This document shows positions 49,716 through 64,000 of a DNA stretch of 64,000 nucleotides, piece by piece (the stretch's first letter is position 1; each line of letters starts with the position of its first letter). The DNA is taken from positions 33,223,270 to 33,287,269 of the forward strand of contig NC_068983.1 of NCBI RefSeq assembly GCF_001194135.2. Reading direction: 5' to 3'. This DNA is from Octopus bimaculoides (lineage: Eukaryota). The notes beneath the pieces are model-generated. The model did no database searches and was not told where the DNA came from. It saw only the letters and a list, made by a program, of their open reading frames with translations. The position numbers were made by a program, and so were the translations under genes.

Positions 49716-50730
49716 TCATCATCAACATCATCATCGTTTAATATCTGCTTTACATGCTAACATGGGTTTGACGATTTGACTGAGGACTGACAAACCAGAT
49801 GGCTACACCAGGCTCCAATCTGATTTGGCAGAGTTTCTACAGCTGGATGCTCTTCCTAATGTCAACCAATCTGAGAGTGTAGTGGGTGCCTTTACATTCC
49901 ACTGGCACAAAGGCCAGTTAGGCGGTACTGGCAATGACCACGCTCAAAATGGTGTATTTTACGTGCCACCTGCACAGAAGCCAGATCAGCGGCACTGGCA
50001 ACGACCTCGCTCGAATATCTTTTCACGTGCCACTGGCACAAGTGTCAGAAAGGTGACGCTAGTAATGAACATGCTCAAATGGTGCTATTTACGTACCACT
50101 AGCACAGAAGCCAGACAGCTGCTCTGGCAATGATCACACTTGGACGGTGCTCTTAGCACTCCACTGGTACAGGTGCCATCACGATTTCGCTTTCACTTGC
50201 CCCAACAGGTCTTTGCAAGCTGAGTTTAGTTTCCAATGAAGGAGACGTTGGCATGGGTAACAGTTGTCAAATTTAGTTCGATTTTGATTTCACTTGCCTC
50301 AACAAGTTTTCACAAGAGGAGTTTAGTGTCCAATGAAGGAAAGGTACGCATAAGTGGGCTGGCTACACCCCTGGCAGAGGCCTTGGATTATGGTCTCACT
50401 TGGCTTGCCGGGTCTTCTCACACACAGCATATTTCCAAAGGTCTCGGTCACTAGTCATTGCCTCGATGAGGTCTAATGTTCGAAGGTCACGCTTCACCAC
50501 CTCATCCCAGGTCTTCCAGGGTCTACCTCTTCCACAGGTTCCCTCAACCACTAGGGTGTGGCACTTTTTCACACAGCTATCCTCGTCTATTCTCACCACA
50601 TGACCATACCAGCGCAATCGTCTCTCTTGCACACCACAACTGATGCTTCTTAGGTTCAGCTTTTCTTTCAAGGTACTTACACTCTGTCGAGTATGCACAC
50701 TGTCATTACACATCCATCGGAGCATACTGG
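49714..50730 (-). mobile_element. RTE-LINE 3' end (C-terminal ORF intact, repetitive 3' UTR, (CAT)n tail)
   Basis: MLRWMC...GVQERRLRWYGHV...GRGRPWKTWDEVVKRDL...DRDLWK. Confidence 0.9.
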
Positions 50731-50752
50731 CACACACACACACATACATACA

Positions 50753-50783
<31 letters not shown>

Positions 50784-52336
50784 GTATAATATAATTAGAA
50801 ACAAAGTGATCTACAACAAGTTATTTAGTGTGGCCAGTGGCATGAATCTGAAGAATGAAGAGGAAGGGAGGTATAGTAAATCCCTATGCATGGTAACTTT
50901 TTAATTATTTGATACTCTCTTCTCATCGGGATAGAAAAACGATAAAGTAGAAACAATTGCTAACATTCTCAAAGGAAGATAATCACAAGCATAGATATTC
51001 CACCTGAAATAACATACCATTAAAAGAAAAATTGGTCTTTAGTTAGCCCTTTATAAAGAATAGCTACACCAGTGAATGTTGTCGCTGACATACAAAATGG
51101 AGGAGAGTCACAGTAAAATGGCTATCAAATCTTAATCATGATTGATTCGGAGCAAAATAGTAACAACTATAAATATTTGCAGCCAAAAAAGAATTCCCAG
51201 CAATTCTCAATTATGTCTCTGTCAATTAAATCTTGGCTTAATGTATTTCAGTGTTCCCCCAAGCTATTTGTACCTATGCAAAAGTATACATCAGATATTC
51301 TGTATTCAAGAAGTCATGCCACTGGTGAGCTATCTTTAAGATAGTGTGTTATGTTAGTGTAATGTATGTATGCATGTATTAATTCATGCATGTATGTATG
51401 TATGCATGTATTAATTCATGCATGTATGTATGTATGTATGTGTGCACATTTCTGTGTTATGCTTTATGTATGTATGCTCATGCATTTAGTTGCATATCTA
51501 GACATACTCATATATATTTAAATGATAAACTTTTGGAAAGTTTTACGTATGTATGTATGTATGTATGTAAGTTTTATGTATGTGTGTATGTATGTCAAGA
51601 TTTCTTGCCAATAGAGAAAGACCCTGTTTCTAACCTAGATCCAAGGCTCCTTCATTGGAATTTCAATATCAACAACAGGTCACCTACATGGCAGCAAGGT
51701 TCTGAAGGAAAGTGTCATGTTTTGTTTATCACGCATGAAATTTTAAGAAAGTCTCACAGATATTTATAGTCCCAGATATTGTGATCATTTATAGTATGTG
51801 AATTAAGGATTTACATTCTCTCCCTAATAACCCAAGTTTACACATACTTTGCTTGAGATAGTTTGGTATGTACCTTGTTTCTTCAAGAACAATAGGTATT
51901 AAACTGAAAGTGTATCTTGGGTGCTGAATTTGCAAATTTCTTATCACTAGTTCATACTTGTCCTCTTTCTTTTGTATTTTTCTAACCACATTGGTGTCCA
52001 GAGAGTAGCTGATTTGCACAACATAAATGTATGTACATAGGTGCATACATATGTACATACACATATATAAGATATGTGTGTATGTATGTATGTATGTATG
52101 TATGTATGTAGGAATGTATTTATGTACATATGTACGTACCTATCTATCTGTCCGTCTGTCTGTCTGTCTGTCTGTTAGTCTCCTTGTCTGTCTGTCTGTA
52201 TGTATGTATGCATTAAGTATTTTCATATTTAATATCTATATATATTTAAATATCTATATATATATATACTCACACACATGTACATCTGCAACATTCACTA
52301 ATTCCTGAGGAGGGTTACATTTGCAACATTCACTAA

Positions 52337-52372
52337 TTCCTGAAGAAGGGATCATAACCCTGAAATATTGAA
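52337..52372 (+). ncRNA. Minimal type I hammerhead-ribozyme-like motif
   Basis: UUC-CUGAAGA-AGGG-aucauaa-CCCU-GAAA-UA-UU-GAA: intact core, 4-bp stem II, 3-bp stem I, loopless palindromic stem III. Confidence 0.55.
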
Positions 52373-52509
52373 GGCAAGGTAGATCATCAATAATTCATAT
52401 GCCTGTTTTCTTGTGATTTGCCTTGGATTTATTTCACATTGTTCCATCCTTACCCACAAATTTTGTATAATACATACATATATATATATATGCATACCTT
52501 TCCTACATT

Positions 52510-53240
52510 GGACACTAAACTCCGCTTGTGAAGACTTGTTGAGGCAAGTGAAACTGAACGAAATTCGACGACTGGCACCCGTGCCAACATCGTCTCCTTC
52601 ATTGGACATGAAACTCAGCTTGCGAAGACTTATTGGGGCAAGCAAAAGCGAAATTGCGATAGCACCTGTGCCCAGCGTTGCCTTTCTGGCACTTGTGCTC
52701 ATGACATGCGTAAGGATTTTCGAGCGAGATCATTGCCAGTGCCCCTGGACTGGCTCTTGTGTGGGTGGCACATAAAATACACCATTTTGAGCGTGGCCAT
52801 TGCCAGTACTGCCTGACTGGCCTTCGTAGGATTTTCGAGCGAGATCGTTGCCAGTGCTCCTGGACTGGCTNNNNNNNNNNACCTGTGCCCAGCGTTGCCT
52901 TTCTGGCACTTGTGCTCATGACATGCGTAAGGATTTTCGAGCGAGATCATTGCCAGTGCCCCTGGACTGGCTCTTGTGTGGGTGGCACATAAAATACACC
53001 ATTTTGAGCGTGGCCATTGCCAGTACTGCCTGACTGGCCTTCGTGCGGGTAACACGTAAAAGCACCCACTACACTCTCTGAGTGGTTGGCGTTAGGAAGG
53101 GCATCCAGCTGTAGAAACTCTGCCAAATCAGATTGGAGCCCTGGTGTTGCCATCCGGTTTCACCAGTCCTCAGTCAAATCGTCCAACCCATGCTAGCATG
53201 GAAAGCGGACATTAAACGATGATGATGATGATGATGATGA
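52510..53240 (+). mobile_element. RTE 3' UTR element with ~163-bp duplication around a 10-N gap
   Basis: About 52665-52826 is identical to 52881-53043; ends in (GAT)n. Confidence 0.8.
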
Positions 53241-53270
53241 TATATATATATATATGTCTATATACACACA

Positions 53271-53338
<68 letters not shown>

Positions 53339-55229
53339 TGTATGTATGCATGCATGCATGTATGTACATGCCATATTTATGTGCTATATGAGGGTTATCA
53401 TAACAAGACCAGTGTACAAATACTCAATTAAGATATGCTCCACACACAACACACATCATTATCGAGTTAATAAGAAAGATGAGTCAGAAATGTTGCAATC
53501 ATGTAATTAAAAAAGGGTATAATTTTCACAACATTGACATTGAAGAGTCTAATGTATCAATGAGTGGTTTACTACACAGTATAAACCTATGCCAAAATTG
53601 TGTGATTTTGCTCAATAAATTAAGCTATATTTTCAAAATATTTATGCATTTAAGTTTATTGATCTTAAATTCGATTGTTGAAGTCAGCAATAGAGTGGAA
53701 GAGACAATGGAACAAAAAAATTAAAAACTTTAGAAAAATATTGATGCAACTGAAAGATTTGAGTTCAATTTCTGAAACAACTTGATGGTTCATTGATTAG
53801 GTTTTGTTATATTAAATATATGTTATGAACTTGATTTTATTTTATTAATTATCTTCTTATGAAAATTAATTTTCTTTGTATCTAACAGAAATCAATATTT
53901 TAATTTTTCAAAACTGTATCAGAAATAAAACTTATAACATTATTTGGATGGTGGACCTGGTAAAGTGCCTCAGGTTTGCAATTACCTCTCTTTTCTTTTT
54001 GCACTCAAATACCACCTTCTATCCTTATAGGGGGGGGGGGTCAATAAAATAATTATCTACTTTGTACTTGATTGATGCATTCGATCATTTCTCCACCAAA
54101 TTCTATCCCCTTGTGCCAACATCAGTAGTCTGACATTAAAGAATGTAACCATTTCATAACTATAATTAGTCTTCTTGTGAAGATTATTTGGGTGGGGTTA
54201 AATTTGAAGCAAATCACAGCATATACGTGTTATTTCGCCATTTTTGGCTGATTGGGTCATTGAGCGTTTTGGTCAATCATGTTGACCTGAATAGTGTTTC
54301 TGGTCTGGTGTTTACTTTATCAACCTCTTGTTATTGAAATATTAAGTAACAGCTTTGGTATGACAGAGACACAATTCTGCACCAGGACTTGTTCAAAAAA
54401 CAACAAAAACAAACACCCCAAAAATCCAAAAACATAAACGTACAAGCAGCCTCTCTCTCTCTCTCATACAACACACACCTACACACATTGTAACACCTTA
54501 AATGCTGTCAAGGTTTCGATTTTGCATAATAGATTTAATTGATTTTATCTAATAGATTTAATGGATTTTCATTTAGATATTTTGTTCATTTCTTCATATT
54601 CTCTCTCCAGGAAGCATCTTACGGTCATTTGGTTCAAAATAACTCATGCTAAATCATAAGAATTTCAAGGAAGCCATTGTTTTAAATGTAAAGAACTCTC
54701 TATATCCTTACACTGAAACTATCTCCTATTTCTGTGATTACTAGTAGTGTTTCCCTAGAGTTGGATCTATAAGAGACATTTTCTGTTGATGTGAAACCTC
54801 TAAATAGTTGCTTGAACTGTTAAAGATATCAGGTAAATCTCCCTAAAAACTATTCCCTGGGGCACATTATGTTGGAAAGAAACAGGAATGTCATGACTGT
54901 AAATGAAATGAATGAAATAACAATGGATTCAAATTTTGGAACAAGGCCAGCAATTTTGGGGTTGGGATAAGTTGATTACATCAACTGCAGTGTTCAACTG
55001 GTACTTATTTTATTGACCCTGAAGGGACAAAAGGCAACGTCGACCTCAGCAAAATTTGAATTTAGAATGTAAGCACAGACAAAATGCTGTTAGACATTTT
55101 TACCTGGAGTGCTAATGATTCTACCTGCTCACTGCTCTAATGAATGAAATGATAACAATAGTTGAACAAAAGTAAAGAAAGAAATGTTGGCTGTACAATA
55201 TTGAATATCAGAAACATAATTTTATTTTG

Positions 55230-55545
55230 TCTTCTGTAAATAAGCTGTTGCCACTGTTTGACTTGCTTAAAAGAGTTTTCCAATGGATTTGTGAAATCTA
55301 CAAGAAGAAAATGAAGAAAAAAAGCACTTAAGAAATTCCTGTTGACATGAAAAATAAAGATTTATCTTACTTTGAAGGACTTTGAGACCCATTGATGCTG
55401 TTGAGTATGTTTTCACTTACATCGATGCAATCAAAAGGATGGATTATAATGCATTTCTTACAAAACTTCATGAGTGACTGCCAAATTCAGAATGCTTCAT
55501 GCAATTCCATGAAGAACTTATACAAATTTTGGCACAAAGCCAACA
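55230..55545 (+). mobile_element. Possible piggyBac-like transposase C-terminal remnant
   Basis: YVFTYIDAIKRMDYNAF...FMQFHEELIQIL resembles the piggyBac F..(L)D.A..NA...F...L pattern; stops present. Confidence 0.35.
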
Positions 55546-56662
55546 AATTTGAGAGGAGGGGTAATTACAATGACTCCAGTGTTAACTGGACCTTTATTTA
55601 TTGACACTGAAAGAATGAAAGGCAAAGCTGACATCAGTGGGATTTGAGCTCAAAATGTAAAGAGCTGGGACGAATACAGCTGGGCATTTTGTTTAATGTG
55701 TTAACAATTCTCTTAGGTTACTGTTCTTAGTGGTTTCAAATTTTGGCTCAAGGCCATCAATTTTAGGAGGTGGGGAGGGGGTGAACATCTTACATTGACT
55801 TCTGCACTCACATGGTACTTATTTGATTGACTCTGAAATGAAGAAGTGATGAAAAGTCGACCACAGTAGAATTTGGACACAGAACATAGAGAGCCAACCT
55901 CATTTGATGTATAAATATAAATATTTTATATATATATATATATATNNNNNNNNNNNNNNNNNNNNNNNNNNNNNNNNNNNNNNNNNNNNNNNNNNNNNNN
56001 NNNNNNNNNNNNNNNNNNNNNNNNNNNNNNNNNNNNNNNNNNNNNNNNNNNNNNNNNNNNNNNNNNNNNNNNNNNNNNNNNNNNNNNNNNNNNNNNNNNN
56101 NNNNNNNNNNNNNNNNNNNNNNNNNNNNNNNNNNNNNNNNNNNNNNNNNNNNNNNNNNNNNNNNNNNNNNNNNNNNNNNNNNNNNNNNNNNNNNNNNNNN
56201 NNNNNNNNNNNNNNNNNNNNNNNNNNNNNNNNNNNNNNNNNNNNNNNNNNNNNNNNNNNNNNNNNNNNNNNNNNNNNNNNNNNNNNNNNNNNNNNNNNNN
56301 NNNNNNNNNNNNNNNNNNNNNNNNNNNNNNNNNNNNNNNNNNNNNNNNNNNNNNNNNNNNNNNNNNNNNNNNNNNNNNNNNNNNNNNNNNNNNNNNNNNN
56401 NNNNNNNNNNNNNNNNNNNNNNNNNNNNNNNNNNNNNNNNNNNNNNNNNNGGCACAAGCACAGGCAATATCAGTTTTGGCAAGATTTTTACAACTGGATT
56501 CCCCTCTGAACACCAAACACTTTAGAATGTGGACTGGGTACTTTTAAGTGGCACCTGTACTGACAGGGTCACCAAGTACTTGCAGGAAAAAAAAAACTTT
56601 CAAGAAGGGAGGGGGCATTGGAGGAGGAGATCTTGTGTCAGATATATATGTGTGTGTGTGTG

Positions 56663-56704
<42 letters not shown>

Positions 56705-56959
56705 TACACATGCACACACATACATATATATATCAGGTATATCAGGTTGTAACAAAAGTTCTGTCTGTTTTTTAAGGCCCAATAAAACAATAAAGCAAAA
56801 CAATATCTGATTATTTAATCATTAATATAGTTGCCATTCCTCCTATGACCTCTTTCCTTCTGCCAATGAGCTTTTTAATGCCACATTCAAAAAATTCTTT
56901 AGGTTTAGAAGTGAAAAAGGAAATTAACTCATTTCCGACTTCTGCTCTTGAAGTAAGTC

Positions 56960-57640
56960 TTCTTCATCATCATCATCATTATAATTTAACGTCCATTGTC
57001 CATGCTGGTATGGGTTGGATGGTTTGACCAAGGCTGGTAAGCTGGGGCGGGGGCTGCATCAGACTCCAGTCTGATTTGGCATGGTTTCTATGGCTGGATG
57101 CCCTTCCTAATGTCAATCACTCCAAGAGTGTAATGAGTGCTTTTATATGCTATTAGCATGGGTGCCAGTTATGTGACACTGACATCGACCACATTGCCTC
57201 TGTGAGGCCTAATGCTCAAATGGCGCATTTTATGTGCCACCGGCATGGGTGCCACTTATGTGATGCCATGACATTGCACTTAGCTTGACAGGTTTTCCCA
57301 AGTATGGCATATCGCCAAATGTCTTGGTCACTAGTCACTGCCTCTGTGAGGCTCAATGTTCAAAGATCATGCTTTACCACCTTTTCCCATGTCTTCTTGG
57401 GTCTACCTGTACCACAGGTTCCCTCAACAGTTAGAAATCAGCACTTCTGTACAAAGCTATCCTTGTCTATACACATCACATGACCATACCAGCACAGTCA
57501 TCTCTCTTACACACCACACCTGATGCTTCTTATGCCCAACTTTTCTCTCAAGATGTTTATACTCTGTTATACATGCACACTGACATTGCACATCCAATGA
57601 AGCATACTACATTCATTTCTTTCAAACCCATGCATGTCCT
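56960..57640 (-). mobile_element. RTE-LINE 3' end
   Basis: RNECSMLHWMCNVSVH, C-terminal motifs, same 3' UTR and (CAT)n tail. Confidence 0.85.
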
Positions 57641-57755
57641 TGGCTTTCATAACATGTGACATATTAAAAAAAATCTGTAAATGTACAACCATCCAGATAT
57701 CTGAGTACCTTATTATTTTTTCTAATATATAATTCCTGTACATCACTTGCAAACC

Positions 57756-57802
<47 letters not shown>

Positions 57803-59136
57803 TAAAAAAAAAAAAAAAAATATATATATATAATGCCACTTTGCAGAATGTACTGGATGCATTTTACATGGTACTGGCACAAGTGCTTTATATGTGACAC
57901 TGGCAGAGGTACTTTATACATGACACCGGCCTGAGAGTTTTTTAATTGGCCTTGAATGAGTGCTTCATTATGTGGCTCCAAATGGGTACTTTTCTATGTG
58001 ACACTGGCACGAGTCCTTTTTACATAGCACCAGCACCTTTTAGCTGATGGAGGGACATGTCTGAATGTATAAATGACCATGATTTTTCTTAGCTTGACAT
58101 ATCGTCTCAAGCACAGCAAATTGCCAGAAGGCTTGGTCCTTTGTCATCTTATCAGTGAGGCACAACATATGTATGTATGTATGTATGTAAGTATGTATGT
58201 ATGTATGTATGTATGTATGTATGTATGTATGTATGTATGTATGTATGTATGTATGTGTGTGTATGTATGTATGTATGTATGTATGTCATTATTTGGTTTA
58301 TTTCAAGATTTCTCGCCAATAGAGAGAGAACCAATTTCTAACCTAAATCCAAGGTTTCTTCATTGGAATTTCACTGTCAACAACAGGGTATTTTTCTTTG
58401 TATGTATGTATGTATGAATGCATGTATGTTTTCTGTATGTATTCTCATGCATACAGTTGCATATCCAGACATGTTCATATATAGTTAAATGATAAACTTA
58501 TAGAAAGTTTTACAGATTTTTACAGTTCCAGTGATGGATTGGATCTGCAGTCTTCAAATCTGCTTTCTCCTTTCTGGTTTGAGAAGCCTAATTTCTCAAG
58601 ATCGGTATTTAGACAGTGTGTTACATATCCCAGGCCCCAATATTTACAGGTATAAATCTCAACTTGTAATCTAAATAGAGTAACTGCAGATTTCTCAATA
58701 GTTCATCATAAGTGTTCTCTTTTTCACTGATCTTCAGCTTTATGTTAACAACCACTGGGCAGCTAATTTCAACAACTATGCACAGTTTCTCTTCTCTATC
58801 CCAAATCATTATATCAGGTCTACTGTTCTTACATTTTATTGAGGTCGTCCCTGGTACATTCCATGTACGTATGTATTTATGCATGCGTGCATGTATGTAT
58901 GTATGTAATATATGTATATATCTATTTGTGTGTATTTGTGTTGGTCCCTCCTATATTACTTGACAACTAGTGTTGGTTTGTTTATCTCCCTGTAACTTGG
59001 TGGTTCAGTAAAAGAGTCAAACAGAATAAGTGCCAGGATTTTTAAAAAATGAGTACTGGGGTTAATTTGTCTGACTAAACCGTTTAGGGCAGTGCCCCAC
59101 AGTTGAATGATTGAAAGAAATAAAAAATAACAGATG

Positions 59137-59181
<45 letters not shown>

Positions 59182-59289
59182 NNNNNNNNNNNNNNNNNNN
59201 NNNNNNNNNNNNNNNNNNNNNNNNNNNNNNNNNNNNNNNNNNNNNNNNNNNNNNNNNNNNNNNNNNNNNNNNNNNNNNNNNNNNNNNNN

Positions 59290-59334
<45 letters not shown>

Positions 59335-61886
59335 GTACATGCAATATACAGGATTAGATGTTCCACCTAAATTTAAATGTTATCATTGATAAATAACCCC
59401 CAAATCAGATGAATGAACAAATAAGATTTTTAGTTTGAAATAATATTAGACATTATAAGTACAATTTGTGTAAATATATGTATGTATTTAAGTATGCATG
59501 AATACAAATAGGCTCACACCTCAGTCCCACCTCCATATACGCAGACATAATAAAGCAACAATGAGGCCAAGGTTAGTGAGTTAAATAATGCTTGATCAGC
59601 TAGCTGGCTGAGAAATTTCACCTTTGAGTGAGAACTGAAAAACACAGCTACAATAACCAGTTATTTTGAGAATAAAAGAAATTATTCACTTTTTCTTTCT
59701 CACATAATTTTAGAACGAATCTGAGTGTCAATTAAGTATATAATATTTCTTTTAAAAAGTTTTCTGTGAAGTAAGGTTGGTTGCTCAGCAATATCATATA
59801 TATTAACAGTTCTTAGGCCTTGTATCTCAGTGCTCCATTCATCGAATGGCATTTTATAACATCCCTTTTTTGCCTATGTTTTACAACCCTGATTGAGGTA
59901 AGAAGTTTCTGAACCGCATGGTTCTGGGTTCAGTTCCACTGTGTGGCCACATGGACAAGTGTCATCTATTATAGCCTTGAACTGGCCAATGCCTTGTGAG
60001 TAAATTTGGTAGACAGAAACTGTGAGGAAGGCGGCGAGCTGGCAGAAACGTTAGCACACCGGGCAAAATGCTTAGCGGTATTTCGTCTGCTGCTACGTTC
60101 TGAGTTCAAATTCCGCCGAGGTCGACATTGCCTTTCATCCTTTCGGGGTCGATTAACTAAGTACCAGTTAGGCATTGGGGTCAATATAATCGACTTAATC
60201 TGTTTGTCCCCTCTGTGTGTAGCCCCTTGTGGGCAGTAAAGAAATAAGAAACTGTGAGGAAGCTTGATGTGTATGTGTGTGTGTACCTATGAATGTATGT
60301 TTGTGTTTGTGTGTATTGTCTTTGTGTTTGTCCCAACCACCACCACTTGACAATTAGTGTTGATGGTTTTGCCAGCAAAAGAGACTGCTACCAAACTTAA
60401 GTAAGTACTGGGGTCAATTTTGTTCAATTAAACCCTTCAAGCTGATGCCTCTGCCTGGCTGCAGTCCAATGATTAAAACATGTGAAAGACAAAAGATAAA
60501 AAATTAACTGCACCAAAGAAACAAAATAAAATGGAACCTCGTTGCAGCATCAGTCATATTTCTGCTCACTGATAACATGATGTCCTACTAAGGTTCTAAT
60601 TCTGACAAATCCGCTTTTGCAAATGTGTTGAAATGCAATCATTGTACTTATTTTAAATATTTTATCTTTTTGAAAATCCATGTCCCCTCTAAACAACCAG
60701 TCTATCTTCATAGTGCCACCTCCGCATGTTTACAATAATACAATGAGGCTACTACCATCCCAGCTAAACCACTAGAAAATATGAAAGAATCTTCATTTCA
60801 TCTGAGGGGAAAATGAGACAGAAAGCAGACATGGCTGTGTCATTAAGTGTTGTATTTCGAGTGCATATATGAACATCCATCAGCTTTATCAAACTGATCA
60901 GACTGAATGAATAAGGCAGGCAATTTTTAAGTCACCTTTCCTAAACCTTTCCAGAACCCTGGTGAGTAGCTCTGAAAAGAGCTACTCAGACACCAGTAGA
61001 GTAACTGAGCGTCACCCTAGCCTAATATAATGAATAACAACTTTATATCTATCAAAGGCCATCTTAAGGGTAGGTCAGAACCTATATACTTACAGCTTGT
61101 CAGGCATGTACACGTCATTTCTTTCCCATTATCAATAAACTTCAGAAGCTGACAAGATGTTAAAGACAAAAGCTACCAGCAATGCCTGTACTGAATTTTG
61201 AAGTCAGAAACTGCCTGCACAACACCACTAAGACTCTCATCAAAAAAGCCAAGTAGTCCAGGAACAAGTGAGAGCAAGATCACCAGCTTTGCAATGCGGT
61301 AGGTATTATACAGTGGTAGTTTGGAGAATGATACTCTCACTGGCTAATCATGCACCAGAACATTACATCTAGTATTTCTATATCCTTATGCAGAAGTGGA
61401 CTTATAGATGTATACATATATATTGAGTAAAAATAAGAGGTGTGTACTGGGTAAAATTAATCAAATAAAAATTAACTTTTGTTAAACTATTTACAAAATA
61501 TGAGCAATGAAAATAGAAAATACTAATTATGAGCATAGACTAGATTAAAGTATTTATAATCACACATACACCCTGGGTCAATATCACTCTCTAGAAAACC
61601 TACGTTTGTGCAAGAAGGAGAAGCAGGTGATATATCAGTTGTCCTTTTTCTAGAGTTATATCTAATCAAAGACTAGGGAGTCTCTCACTTTCGGCTGTTG
61701 GACAGCCATTGACCCTACAGAGTTCATCTATCCTTTGATGAGTTTTATTTTGCATCCTGTAGGGCATCCAATGAAAACCATCAAGCCTGCTTAGTAGAGT
61801 TGCTGGTTTAGTCATTGACAGTCCGACCATGCAAAAAATTGTACTAAGTTACATGTTAGCAGTAGCACTAGGAGTGACCCGACCTG

Positions 61887-61954
<68 letters not shown>

Positions 61955-62022
61955 GTATGTGTATATACATACATACACATGCATATACAAACACAAACAC
62001 AAGAATACATGTATATATATGC

Positions 62023-63318
62023 AGAGGGTGCAGTGAATAAATTGTTGTCTAAATTATGCAAGAGTAAAAATAACACTTACATCTCATTTTAACAGATATA
62101 TTTACCAAAAGTACATGAAAATATCTGGAAATAATAAAGAGTAAAATTATTCAAAAAAATCGCCATTGGCTTCAACCATGGCCTCCAGACGACTTCATAA
62201 TCTCTTGCAACTCTTCTGTACAGTCTCCTTGTTTATGTTGGTGAATGCTGCCATAATCCTTGCCTTCAGTCCATCTTTGGTATTACAAGGAGTTTTGTTG
62301 GTCTTTCGCTCAACTGCACACCACACATAATAATGAAGTGGGTTGCAGTCTGGGGAGTTAGGTGTCCAGATGTTAGGGGTGATGTGGTTGCAGAAATTGT
62401 CTAACAGCATGACTGGGTTCTCCTGCTCGTGTGGCATGGTGCAGATTCCTGTTGCCAGACATGGGGTCTTCCAGCAGCCACTCTCTTGACCCAGGGCAGC
62501 ACTACCTCCTCCAGGCATTTGATGTAGGCCTCCGTGTTGAGTCTGAGGCCGTGCAGGAAGATGAATGGAGGCATAATGTTGCTGTCACTAGTGATCACTC
62601 CAAACCCCATGATGTTGACTGGATGCTTGATTTTTATCATTCTTGGCACATGTTTTGGGGACAAGGTAAGCCAATGGTTGTTCTGTGTACTCATCATCTG
62701 ATCCTGGCAGAAATTTTTCTTGTCTGAGAGAAACTAAAGCATGTTTGGTTGGAGGGGATGCTTGAGTTTGTTCAAAAGCTTTGTAGTACAGTCTTTCCTC
62801 TTGTCCTTGATGGCTTGGGATAAAAATTGGCCCTTTCTCATCTTGTATGAGGAATAATATATGTCTTCATGCACTACCTGCCTGAAGAAACTCAGACACT
62901 CCTATGTCCCTGGTGATGGATCTGATTGACTTGGAGGGATCGTTGTCAATCATGGCCTGGATCTCACCAACCATTTCAGGAGTTCTTTTTTTTATCAGAA
63001 TGTCAGATTGAGTATTCTGAGCTGCTGTGCCTTTGTAATCACTTATCCAACTCTTTTCGAATCCTCTGCACTGTCCTCAGATTGACACCCAAACACTCTG
63101 AAATGTTTATATTGGAGCTTCCAGCACAAATGCCAAGCAGTACAGCATGTCATTTCCCCATATCTGGCAGAGTGAATTGTGTCACGGTACTGTTTTTCTT
63201 ACAGATGGTGCCCAACTGACTCTACTATACTGTGCAGTTGAAAAAATCAAAAACAAACAATGTGCATATGTGAAATTAAAAATATAAAATGGCGACAATT
63301 TACCCATCGCACCCTGTA
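62023..63318 (-). mobile_element. Near full-length Tc1/mariner maT (DD37D-type) transposon, frameshifted
   Basis: FS-DEKNF, FGVITSD, WQQESAPCH, WTPNSPDCNPLHYYVW. TIR (TA)CAGGGTGCGATGGGTAAATTGTC at the right end, degenerate copy at the left end. Confidence 0.88.
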
Positions 63319-64000
63319 TNNNNNNNNNNNNNNNNNNNNNNNNNNNNNNNNNNNNNNNNNNNNNNNNNNNNNNNNNNNNNNNNNNNNNNNNNNNNNNNNN
63401 NNNNNNNNNNNNNNNNNNNNNNNNNNNNNNNNNNNNNNNNNNNNNNNNNNNNNNNNNNNNNNNNNNNNNNNNNNNNNNNAAAAGCAACAGAAATATAACA
63501 AAAAAACCGTTACTCTGAGTTTCACGTTCCCGTTCATCGGACAGTTTTGTTAGAAATGGAGAAAGGATAACAATGCAATCGAAAGTAATATAAAATTTAA
63601 AACACATGGATTCGTTTGATTGGTTGGTTCAAATAACGGTCATGGATTGGTCGTTTCAATTAACAGTCATAGATGCGTAATGCACAGACCAAATAAATTT
63701 AATACAGATTCATCCTATTAAAAAAAATATCGAAGAAAACCTTAAATAGAAACATGGGCTCAAAATACATATTGTAAATAATTAATTATATTCGAATGAA
63801 CGGATTAAAATCAAATCAATAAAATAAAGTATACGCTGCATTCAAAATAAAATAAAATTAAATTAAATTAAAATTACAATAGCGTGTATGTATACAAGGC
63901 TATCCACAACATATATATATCTATATATAAATATATACATCGAAATACACAGCTGCATATGCACAAACAATCTACGTATATAGGCCTATATTTAGAAGGC

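Noticed and set aside
49920-50180. Repeat-spacer-like array of ~60-bp degenerate units (CRISPR-like look)
   Set aside because: It is the internally repetitive 3' UTR of the RTE LINE, seen in several copies; eukaryotic context with no invariant repeats.
52665-53043. Identical ~163-bp direct repeat
   Set aside because: The copies flank a 10-N gap and are identical, so probably overlapping contig ends rather than biology.

Overview
Eukaryotic, AT-rich, repeat-dense draft-assembly sequence with about 15 N-gaps. The SINE/RTE repeat complement and microsatellite load point to an Octopus (coleoid cephalopod) genome; this is an inference. The main host feature is mostly invisible in the ORF track: the 5' part of a WDR93/CFAP297-like ciliary WD-repeat gene on the minus strand. 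I traced it by hand as 8 phase-compatible GT-AG exons from 48085 to 10066 (1054 nt, 351 codons); the rest of the gene probably lies left of the window. An RFX X-box sits about 190 bp upstream of its ATG, followed by a perfect plus-strand splice donor that suggests a divergent transcript. Introns and flanks are filled with RTE, R4/Dong-like (RLE) and Tx1/L1-like LINE fragments, Penelope-like GIY-YIG remnants, mariner/maT transposons, non-autonomous Helitrons, MITE-like foldbacks, several tRNA-derived SINE families and microsatellites. The most unusual observations are four minimal hammerhead-ribozyme-like motifs. One lies in a tRNA-headed SINE with a Penelope-style inverted terminal duplication and an 11-bp target-site duplication (TSD). 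There are also two in-frame candidate alternative terminal exons of WDR93, one of them a Penelope GIY-YIG domain, and a Tx1-mariner chimeric ORF. No database searches or folding programs were run; family calls come from motif recognition.
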